Source of the DNA: a virus
Taxonomy: Duplodnaviria; Caudoviricetes
Length of the DNA stretch: 35,430 bases
IMG/VR virus record: IMGVR_UViG_3300025816_000041
Location: 1-35,430 of that record
Reading direction: 5' to 3' (one strand)
The translations under genes and the position numbers were made by a program. The notes beneath the pieces were generated by a model. It made no database searches. It worked only from the letters and a program-made list of their open reading frames with translations, and was not told the origin of the DNA. Below, in pieces: positions 26,548-33,360 of this stretch. How positions within the stretch are numbered: position 1 is the stretch's first letter; each line of letters begins with the position of its first letter.

Positions 26548-27302
26548 TAGACATTCATGAAGTCCATCCAATATAATTCGGAGGTTAGCTTGAAGCGTTC
26601 AATGCCCTTCTGCATTTGCTTCCAAGTCCACTCCTTGTGATAATGCTTCTTGGATCTAATATCCACGCACACACTCATGATTGTAGGTAGATACTCTAAG
26701 TCCCACATCCTAGCTAGCATCCAACTCTCGATAGCTAGCTGAGTGCAGTCCTTCTTCTCGTAGAACTTACCACCACGACCCTTGCAGTCACGGCACTTGT
26801 AGTCAGCCATGAAATACTTACCATCAGTTAGCTTGCCAATGAAGTCCACTGAGCCAGCAACCTTAATCTCTTCGTCCCAAGTAATTAACTCACTGGCTAC
26901 GGGTTCGATTCGTTCACCGTTAATGTATTTAATGAAGGGTTCAGCCCACTCATCCCATTCGGAGTTCATCTTGGGTTTCTTGTTAGCTATAATAGCATTC
27001 GTGTGATCCTCCAATCGACCATGAACGGTTGTCCCGAACTCAGAGGATGTTATCTCTTCACCGTCAATGGGAGAAATACGCATACCATACTTACGTGTTT
27101 CAATCTCTCGCTGACTAGCATCGGGAAATTCCCTAGCTAGCTTAATGTATTGCTCTGGAGACCAGATGCCATCCAAAAATGGATCCTTGATAATACCCAT
27201 GACAGTTGTCACCGATGGATAAGCACCGATTTTCTTGGCTTGTGATGGTGTTGCGGCTTTCGTTAGAAAGGGTTCGTTGTCGCAGTTGTAGAAATGGCTC
27301 AT
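26547..27302 (-). CDS. PD-(D/E)xK exonuclease (lambda-exo/Cas4-like fold)
   Basis: PSVTT, GT.VH..LE, E........AGSVD......DYK and QLA motifs; near ERF. Confidence 0.8.
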   Translation of the reverse strand: MSHFYNCDNEPFLTKAATPSQAKKIGAYPSVTTVMGIIKDPFLDGIWSPEQYIKLAREFPDASQREIETRKYGMRISPIDGEEITSSEFGTTVHGRLEDHTNAIIANKKPKMNSEWDEWAEPFIKYINGERIEPVASELITWDEEIKVAGSVDFIGKLTDGKYFMADYKCRDCKGRGGKFYEKKDCTQLAIESWMLARMWDLEYLPTIMSVCVDIRSKKHYHKEWTWKQMQKGIERFKLTSELYWMDFMNV

Positions 27303-27304
27303 AA

Positions 27305-27745
27305 TTAGAAGGGTGCTATATTTATTGTATTATTATTGTATACTGGTATTGGTGTTGCAGTTTTGTTATGGGTTGTTGCAGTTTTGTTACTGGCTTTTAC
27401 AGATTTGTAAACGGCTTTTGTCCATCTCTTATCCTGCTTCACTTCATTCAGTATGCTAGTAGAAAGGCTATACCAACGAGTTTTGTCGTAAGCCATTCGA
27501 TTAAATGAGTCGCTAACCAATACGGATTGCTTCTCAAGGTTCTTAAGGGTTCTCCATATCTGCATATCGGAGAAGAATGGAAAGATTGAACGCCAACCCT
27601 CTCTGGAGTTGAACGTCCAATGTTTTCCCTTGTGATAGTTTCTTCCATCTTTTTCGTTCAGTAGAACGTAGTAGATAATTTTATGCAGAATTATTGCCTC
27701 CTTAAGTCCATACTTTGCAGCGTGGTCTTCCTCGAATGCAAGCAT
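27305..27745 (-). CDS. Phage replication initiator (winged-helix replisome-organiser type)
   Basis: A.KYGL.EAIIL..I.Y....N....W..NS...W...FPF.S...I.R.L..LE.......N....D.T.WY; 21-bp repeats in the 3' end. Confidence 0.75.
   Translation of the reverse strand: MLAFEEDHAAKYGLKEAIILHKIIYYVLLNEKDGRNYHKGKHWTFNSREGWRSIFPFFSDMQIWRTLKNLEKQSVLVSDSFNRMAYDKTRWYSLSTSILNEVKQDKRWTKAVYKSVKASNKTATTHNKTATPIPVYNNNTINIAPF
27353..27394. repeat. Iteron-like 21-bp tandem repeat (TGTTGCAGTTTTGTTA core x2) next to an AT-rich tract; candidate origin
   Basis: Repeats inside the initiator gene adjacent to AT-rich 27318-27342, the layout of lambda O-type origins. Confidence 0.55.
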
Positions 27746-27750
27746 GGTAA

Positions 27751-28134
27751 TTATCCCAATAACTCCTTCATGTCCATGATGAACTCAAGACCCTCAAGCA
27801 CTGACCGCCTGTCCTCGTATGGGTAGGATGAGATAATCAATGACGTTGCATCGTTGTAGAACTCTACAACCGCATCGCCCTCTGATGGATGACCAATGAT
27901 ATCCCAAGAGATGTTTTCATTGATCATAAAGTCCAGAATGTCAGACTTGCTTCGCTCCTTGGGAGTTTCAATCTCTTCGGGTTCAAGTTTCTCCCGTAGC
28001 TCATCCCTAAGAATATACTTTTCGCCCTGCAATAGATGACCAAAGTATTGCTCTTTGATGCAGTTATTTTTTCCAATTGCAATTACAATTGTTTCTGGGT
28101 GGTGGAATACCCCGTGTGTTTTTTCGTGTATCAT
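27751..28134 (-). CDS. Hypothetical protein
   Basis: 127-aa ORF with an A/C-rich leader directly downstream of the mini-tmRNA. Confidence 0.7.
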   Translation of the reverse strand: MIHEKTHGVFHHPETIVIAIGKNNCIKEQYFGHLLQGEKYILRDELREKLEPEEIETPKERSKSDILDFMINENISWDIIGHPSEGDAVVEFYNDATSLIISSYPYEDRRSVLEGLEFIMDMKELLG

Positions 28135-28156
28135 ATTTTTATTGGTTGGTTGGTTA

Positions 28157-28223
28157 TGGTGGAGGTGGGAGGAGTTGAACCCCCGTGTCCTAGATAATCT
28201 AGGATCGAAACCCTTTCACCCCC
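28157..28223 (-). ncRNA. Mini-tmRNA: tRNA-like domain only (67 nt)
   Basis: GGGGGTG-AAAGGGTTTCGA-TCCTAGA TTA TCTAGGA-CAC-GGGGG TTCAACT CCTCC-CACCTCC-ACCA: 7-bp acceptor stem with G3.U70 and A73, stemless tmRNA-type D-loop, T-arm and encoded CCA. Confidence 0.85.
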
Positions 28224-28234
28224 TTCAGTGCATG

Positions 28235-28262
28235 AGATTGCAGATATGTAATAGGGTGTCAA
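28235..28262 (-). promoter_or_regulatory. Possible sigma70 promoter for the mini-tmRNA and replication genes
   Basis: Perfect TTGACA (28257-28262), 16-nt spacer, weak -10 CAATCT; would initiate a few nt before G1. Confidence 0.45.
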
Positions 28263-28337
28263 ATGTTTTTTTATAAAATGTTAGGAGCGGAGTTTGTCCA
28301 TAGTAGTGCATTGCCGTCCGAAGGAAATTTTTGGCAC

Positions 28338-28368
28338 AAAAAAAGCCCGCACCCCGAAGGATGCGAGC
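28338..28368 (-). terminator. Intrinsic terminator closing the early operon
   Basis: GCTCGCATCC-TTCG-GGGTGCGGGC followed by T7 on the minus strand. Confidence 0.9.
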
Positions 28369-28402
28369 TGAGTTTTTTCCATTTTGGAAACAGTTGAGAT
28401 GA

Positions 28403-28729
28403 TTACCACCGTGCTCCGTCTGAATACTGATCCGAATTGCAACCCTCGCACAATCCGCAATGGAATACGTCAGGGCTGTCGCAGAACTCACAAGTCTCAG
28501 GCTCCTTAAGCGTAGCTACGGTAGCTAGCTCGTGAATCTTCAGCATATCTATCGCCAAGTCTTCGATGAGCTCCCAGATGCCATGGGGCTCCCAGTCTTC
28601 AAATGGTTGCCACCTGTTGTCTCGGATGAAGTCCGTCACCTCTTGCTCGTCTAACTCGAAAAAGTCCAATGGTAGCTCTTCGGTTAGGTAGAATTTTGAT
28701 GCTCTTATATATGCTTGTATTTTATTCAT
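28403..28729 (-). CDS. Hypothetical acidic protein with C-terminal CxxC/CxxCxxC metal-binding motif
   Basis: CEFC....HCGLCEGC; AATACC-ATG leader. Confidence 0.7.
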   Translation of the reverse strand: MNKIQAYIRASKFYLTEELPLDFFELDEQEVTDFIRDNRWQPFEDWEPHGIWELIEDLAIDMLKIHELATVATLKEPETCEFCDSPDVFHCGLCEGCNSDQYSDGARW

Positions 28730-28749
28730 GGTATTGATTTGGTTATGTG

Positions 28750-28944
28750 TTAAGATCGAGACTCGAGGTAGTCTTCAATGGCATACTCAATTGTGTCCCA
28801 GCAGATGCCTACGTTGGCATCCATTCCGTCTTCAAGTATGACCATCACCTCGTCGGCTTGATCCTCCGTTAGTTTAATGCCCATTTGATCCTGTGCGCGG
28901 GCGATGACATCGTTAGTTTCCCAAGTTATGGTTATTGTTTTCAT
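28750..28944 (-). CDS. Small conserved phage early protein
   Basis: 64 aa; W...DV.......LT..QA.EV........GI.WD.I pattern. Confidence 0.7.
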   Translation of the reverse strand: MKTITITWETNDVIARAQDQMGIKLTEDQADEVMVILEDGMDANVGICWDTIEYAIEDYLESRS

Positions 28945-28981
28945 ATGTGTATGTGTTTATGTGTTTATTGGTTGGTGTTGG

Positions 28982-29380
28982 TTAGTTGACGGGTATTTCG
29001 TGTATATAGCCGTCATTGTCCTCAACAGACAGGGTGATGCGAGATATGTGCATGAAGCCGTCCTCTTGCCAGCAGTCAATCCCTTCCATCCAGAGTTCGA
29101 TGAAGGTTGTCTGGTCGAACAGGTCTGCGGCAGTTAGATCGAATTTGCATTCACTGAAGGTTTCCGTGTCGGGTGCGTCTTCATCAAAAAGAAGTCTAAT
29201 GACATTCTTGTTATCATCGTTGAGCGGTTGAATTACACGGGTAGGATCAGTCACATATGATCGACCACTTGGTTTGTGCTCTAGGTGTAGTCCACCTAGG
29301 TTTAAGTCAGCCTTTGATACGTCCTTTAGGTTGAAGTTTATGTCAACGTGCAGGAGTTTGATTCCGTCTATATTTTTCAT
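28982..29380 (-). CDS. Hypothetical protein
   Basis: 132-aa ORF with AATACC-ATG leader. Confidence 0.7.
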   Translation of the reverse strand: MKNIDGIKLLHVDINFNLKDVSKADLNLGGLHLEHKPSGRSYVTDPTRVIQPLNDDNKNVIRLLFDEDAPDTETFSECKFDLTAADLFDQTTFIELWMEGIDCWQEDGFMHISRITLSVEDNDGYIHEIPVN

Positions 29381-29411
29381 GGTATTTATTTGGTTGGTTG
29401 GTGTTGGTTAA

Positions 29412-29717
29412 TGGTATTGTAGCTAGCTAGCTACTACCAACTATCACCATTGTCTGGTAGGTGGTCGAAGTGATTGTGAGCATCCCTGTAGCCTTCTTCA
29501 GCTTGAGGATAAGCTGCCTTTGCTTGTTCAACAGTGTCATACATATCCATGAATTGCTTCATGGTCTGACCCTCAAGCACTGACCCCTTCGGGTATTCCC
29601 CGAATTGATAAACGCTGAATTGACCGTATTGGTTTTTTTCGATTGTGGTTTCCATTTTATTAAAGGCGGTTTTACTGATCCGCAAACAGTTTGGTATTGT
29701 AGCTAGCTAGCTAGCTA
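29412..29717. repeat. 22-bp direct repeat TGGTATTGTAGCTAGCTAGCTA (29412-29433 and 29692-29713)
   Basis: Both copies are intergenic, directly after stop codons of minus-strand genes. Confidence 0.85.
29434..29655 (-). CDS. Hypothetical protein (73 aa)
   Basis: ATG at 29655 (METTIEKNQ) preferred over the TTG start. Confidence 0.7.
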   Translation of the reverse strand: METTIEKNQYGQFSVYQFGEYPKGSVLEGQTMKQFMDMYDTVEQAKAAYPQAEEGYRDAHNHFDHLPDNGDSW

Positions 29718-29718
29718 T

Positions 29719-30156
29719 CTATCTGTAGAAAATGTGGCGACCGATAACGACCGTCACTGTCATGTGCTTTGCCCAGTAGGGCTCGCAGTAATTTGCATGG
29801 TAGTGATCTGCTCCCAGCGTGTGGTTCGTCACCTCGGATGCAACGATCACCTTGGCTGATCTCCACCTCGGATGTCTCTGGGCTATAGCTATTCCTCTAG
29901 CCAAGTCCATAGTGTTCCAACATGAGAACTGCTTGTATTCCAAGCACACATCCCATGGCGTTAGGCTACGCTTGAGTGATCGATTGATGATCACCTCATG
30001 CACTGCTTCCATTGACCCGCTGGCATATTCGCCACCAGCCTCCAAGATGAGGGTAGCGGCGACGATGTCCGATGGCGTTTGACCTCTACCCGCCGCCACG
30101 AAGGCGACGAGCATGATCAAGATGTATGTTATGACTTCCATTATTCTGTAGTTCAT
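29719..30156 (-). CDS. Cell wall hydrolase, SleB/Hydrolase_2 family
   Basis: EAGGE...M.AV..VI.NR, QFSCWN, GA.HYHA....P.WA and IGRHIFY motifs; N-terminal hydrophobic anchor/signal. Confidence 0.85.
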   Translation of the reverse strand: MNYRIMEVITYILIMLVAFVAAGRGQTPSDIVAATLILEAGGEYASGSMEAVHEVIINRSLKRSLTPWDVCLEYKQFSCWNTMDLARGIAIAQRHPRWRSAKVIVASEVTNHTLGADHYHANYCEPYWAKHMTVTVVIGRHIFYR

Positions 30157-30161
30157 AATGA

Positions 30162-31664
30162 TTAGTCCTTGAGGATTTCACGGAGCAGACGCTGGGCTAG
30201 CTCATTGGCATCACTTGCGATCACACTGCGACCGAAGTGACCATCCATCCGCTTGCGACCCGCTTCGAGAGCATACTGACAGGGCTCGATGTAAGCCGCG
30301 ATAGCATTGATACCCATGTTGCGATAGCTCTTGGTATCGATGTCGTTATCACGTAGATAGCTATCAGTGAATACAACAGTTGTGGTGGATGCCTTGATCT
30401 TGGCGATGTGCGTCTTCATGCACGCCATGATGCCCTCGCCATTGCCAGACGGAAAGCGATCATTGACCCACTTGTCGGTATCATCCTTGCGAACCACATA
30501 GCTCTTGCATTTGTGATTGAATGAGCACGACAGGATTAGGTTGAGATCGATCAACTGCCTTTTAGCTAGCTCACGAAATGCTAGCACGAACTCACGACCA
30601 CCATGCAATGCCCATGCATCACGCATGGAACCACTCATGTCAACGATCATGGTCACGCTACGCTTGCCATTGCTACGCTTGCGATTGATGAATGCACGAT
30701 CACTGCCGCACATCGCCGCATTAGCGTGCAAGCGTGTTCCATTGCACGCTAGGCGATTGCGAGTGACCCTAGCTGACTGAACGATGCTCTTCATGCATCG
30801 AGCGATGCGACCAACTTGCTGACCATTGATAGGCAACTCCTTAGAATACCATTGCTCTTTAGGTGTGTGCTGGGAATCAGCCTTCATCTTGTCCAGACCA
30901 GTTGGATTGATCATTGGCTGGTCGGACTGCTTCTCATCAGACTTACCATTGATCATTGAGTCCGAATACTTTGGATTGATCTCTTTACCGAATAGCTCCA
31001 CCCACTCCTGCACGATGGGTATTAAGCATTGGCTAGTCAGTGCATCGCACGCTCTGCGATAGAATTTAAGGATGACCAAGCGTGTTAGGCGATCCTTACC
31101 CTTGACCGTGACCTTCTCAGTTCCCACCCACTTTGGAACATATGCACTGGCTTGCTTTTTGATGCCAGCTTCATTGGTTTTGATTGCCCATAGTAACGCC
31201 GATGCAGAGTTATATGCCGCATCCACATCTTGGTAGTTGACCCATCTGAATGCACCATCGCCATCCTTGCGTGTAGCACTGGCGTATTCGATGCGGATAT
31301 CCTCGAATAGATTCCACAAGCGATACGGTAGGTTGCGTGCTTCAAGTTGATCAGCTACGTCACTGTCTCGGCAGGTTAGTCTACCGTGCTCTGTCTCATG
31401 TCGGATGACCAGCTCGACAAACTTCTTAAGCTTGGCATCGTTGGCTTTCGTCGATGAGTTGCAGATGGTGTTCAGCTTAGTTCCCACCTTGATGACGTGC
31501 TTGTCGCGTTGGAATGACCAGTTTGCTGTTGGCACGCTGTCATCGATGCTGATGGTGCAACGCTTACCAGTTGCGTTCACCATGCGAGTGAGAACTCCAC
31601 CCTTCTGTCTGCCTACAACCTTACGCTTGCAGGTGCTTATTGCTTTTTTGATTATTGTTTTCAT
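30162..31664 (-). CDS. vWA-domain protein with N-terminal HExxH metallopeptidase-like domain (CobT-like partner)
   Basis: RHETEH...WNLFEDIRIE; MIDAS motif VDMSGSM...VFTD. Confidence 0.8.
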   Translation of the reverse strand: MKTIIKKAISTCKRKVVGRQKGGVLTRMVNATGKRCTISIDDSVPTANWSFQRDKHVIKVGTKLNTICNSSTKANDAKLKKFVELVIRHETEHGRLTCRDSDVADQLEARNLPYRLWNLFEDIRIEYASATRKDGDGAFRWVNYQDVDAAYNSASALLWAIKTNEAGIKKQASAYVPKWVGTEKVTVKGKDRLTRLVILKFYRRACDALTSQCLIPIVQEWVELFGKEINPKYSDSMINGKSDEKQSDQPMINPTGLDKMKADSQHTPKEQWYSKELPINGQQVGRIARCMKSIVQSARVTRNRLACNGTRLHANAAMCGSDRAFINRKRSNGKRSVTMIVDMSGSMRDAWALHGGREFVLAFRELAKRQLIDLNLILSCSFNHKCKSYVVRKDDTDKWVNDRFPSGNGEGIMACMKTHIAKIKASTTTVVFTDSYLRDNDIDTKSYRNMGINAIAAYIEPCQYALEAGRKRMDGHFGRSVIASDANELAQRLLREILKD

Positions 31665-31704
31665 TTTTTTTATATATGCTTTGATTTGTTAGTTAATTGA
31701 TTAG

Positions 31705-33003
31705 CTACGCTAGCATTGTAGCTAGCTCGGCGACACCATTGATGGAATCCAGTGTGACATCACCAGTATCTGAGTCCCATGCTTTGAGACCATCGAGACC
31801 ATTGGCACACATCCACATCAGCACGCTCGCCCCAGTGTTGTCACTGCTATGAGTGCATGCTGTTTCAAGGTTGCGGATGTCCAAGGATGTCAGCAGTTGT
31901 CCGCTGGCTTTCATCTCCCGACTGCGTTCCATTGCCATTGCAAATCGACCACCCAGATCAGCCGCATCAGTGATACCAAACTTGGTAGCTACGCTGGTAG
32001 CTATGTTGGCGACCATGGCTGAATCGAATTGCACGTGCTTGAACAGGAATCGTGATCTGAATGCTTCTGGTGGAATCACTTCGCATAGGTTAGTTGCACA
32101 AATGATATGCAGATTGTCCATATCACAGGTCAGAGTTTCAAGCACACCTTTGTCATTGTGCTTGGTCGTTAGCTTATAGCGTTTGATGCCATCCGCATCT
32201 GGCTGTGGTGCTAGGAAATCCAGCATTTTCTCCATGACCTTGGGCGATAAGCGGAAGACTTCATCCAAAAAGAATAGCACGCTCTCACCTTTACTGGCTA
32301 ATCGCACTGCGTTAGCTAGCTTGCCATCTGATACGATGAAACCATTGCCATCTTCTCTGGGTGTCGCACCACCAATGATCTCATGCCATTCGTCCATGTC
32401 ATCAGAGCATCCATGTGTGATACAATGATCGTATGATTGCCCCAGCAGTGAGATGCTGTAGCTTTTACCATAGCTAGGTGGTGCTGAGATGCACACCTTG
32501 GTTGGATTCGCTGATCCACTATCGTAATATGGCTGGATCAATTCCAGTATGGGATTATTGCCAGATGCCACAGCCACAGCCAATGGTAGTCTGCTGGATG
32601 TCCCACCCTTCATTGCGTCCGCAATCTTGTCCAGTGTATCAGCCAAGGGCGACAGTGCATCCACTTGATTCTGCATTTTTTCTAGGCTTGGCGACACATC
32701 GTTAGCAATTGCGTCCTGCACTGCATCGCGGACTTTATCCATGTCTACGGATGCTGATCTACCTCCCAGTAAATCCTGCAATGCACGTAGCGTGTCCTCT
32801 GCCTCTGTCGATGCTGGTGCTGGTGCTGGTGCTGGTGCTGGTGTGCTATCACCCATGACAGCCACAGGATCACCACCCAAATCAGTGACCCACTGTTTGA
32901 GTTGTGCTTGGGACGCATCTGCTATCTGGCGACCAGTTATGCCCAGTGTGCTGGATGCGTTGTTGCTTGTTAGGTATTGGCGTAGTTTTGTATTGTTATT
33001 CAT
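31705..33003 (-). CDS. MoxR/CbbQ/CobS-type AAA+ ATPase
   Basis: Walker A APPSYGKS, Walker B FFLDE, sensor ATN, arginine finger AFRSRF; (AP)n linker and coiled coil in the N-terminus; adjacent to the vWA gene. Confidence 0.85.
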   Translation of the reverse strand: MNNNTKLRQYLTSNNASSTLGITGRQIADASQAQLKQWVTDLGGDPVAVMGDSTPAPAPAPAPASTEAEDTLRALQDLLGGRSASVDMDKVRDAVQDAIANDVSPSLEKMQNQVDALSPLADTLDKIADAMKGGTSSRLPLAVAVASGNNPILELIQPYYDSGSANPTKVCISAPPSYGKSYSISLLGQSYDHCITHGCSDDMDEWHEIIGGATPREDGNGFIVSDGKLANAVRLASKGESVLFFLDEVFRLSPKVMEKMLDFLAPQPDADGIKRYKLTTKHNDKGVLETLTCDMDNLHIICATNLCEVIPPEAFRSRFLFKHVQFDSAMVANIATSVATKFGITDAADLGGRFAMAMERSREMKASGQLLTSLDIRNLETACTHSSDNTGASVLMWMCANGLDGLKAWDSDTGDVTLDSINGVAELATMLA

Positions 33004-33038
33004 ATCGTTATCTATTGGTATTTTTGTTAGTTGCTGAT

Positions 33039-33089
33039 GGTCTCATCAGTGACAGAGATACTGCCAGACGCACTCAGTGCGTTTCGACC
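33039..33089 (-). ncRNA. Hammerhead ribozyme, type II, GUC cleavage site
   Basis: GGTC-GAA-ACGCAC TGA GTGCGT-C^-TGGCAG TATCT CTGTCA-CTGATGA-GACC: complete core, all three stems paired, canonical G10.1-C11.1. Confidence 0.9.
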
Positions 33090-33091
33090 TG

Positions 33092-33262
33092 TTAATCATT
33101 TTTGTATGTTTCTCCATCGATAGACCAAGTGCATGAGACTGGGCATTTGAAGTGTTTTCTCATTGTCTTCTGCATGAGCAGTGCATCTTCCACTGAGTGG
33201 AACCAGATTGAGAATACATTACCGCTTTCACCTTGTCGTTGTGCTGAGTATAAGAATTTCAT
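33092..33262 (-). CDS. 56-aa protein flanked by two hammerhead ribozymes (not in ORF track)
   Basis: MKFLYSAQRQGESGNVFSIWFHSVEDALLMQKTMRKHFKCPVSCTWSIDGETYKND; shares its leader and start context with the AAA+ gene. Confidence 0.75.
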   Translation of the reverse strand: MKFLYSAQRQGESGNVFSIWFHSVEDALLMQKTMRKHFKCPVSCTWSIDGETYKND

Positions 33263-33294
33263 ATCGTTATCTATTGGTATTTTTGTTAGTTGGC

Positions 33295-33354
33295 TAGATC
33301 ATCAGACCAGTGGAGCCACTCACTGGTTACGCATCTCCGAAATGCGTTTCACTA
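33295..33354 (-). ncRNA. Hammerhead ribozyme, type II variant, GUA cleavage site
   Basis: TAGT-GAA-ACGCATTT CGG AGATGCGT-A^-ACCAGTG AGTGGCTC CACTGGT-CTGATGA-TCTA: core intact, stems I and III strong, stem II short with U.U at 10.1/11.1. Confidence 0.75.
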
Positions 33355-33360
33355 TTTGTC

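Larger units (their letters stand above)
32999..33292 (-). repeat. 35-bp perfect direct repeat (32999-33033 and 33258-33292) forming identical translation leaders
   Basis: Minus strand CAACTAACAAAAATACCAATAGATAACGAT-ATG-AA in both copies. Confidence 0.95.

Noticed and set aside
28157-28223. Canonical tRNA-Ala or pseudo-tRNA
   Set aside because: No D-stem can form and there is no NGC anticodon; the loop sequence and short linker match the tmRNA tRNA-like domain instead.
28157-28223. Permuted two-piece tmRNA gene, or attP fragment of ssrA
   Set aside because: Permuted genes place the CCA end before the 5' GGGG end, whereas here the order is standard. An attP would normally carry only one end of the gene, and no integrase is present in the window, though the missing genome segment cannot be inspected.
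30930-30945. Additional CTGATGA hammerhead-like cores (also near 3688, 13447, 25156, 32399)
   Set aside because: All lie inside coding sequence and I could not build the GAAA element and three stems around them.
32999-33292. CRISPR array based on the 35-bp repeat
   Set aside because: Only two copies, 259 bp apart, each containing a start codon; no cas genes. The Cas4-like fold at 26547-27302 is in a recombination context.
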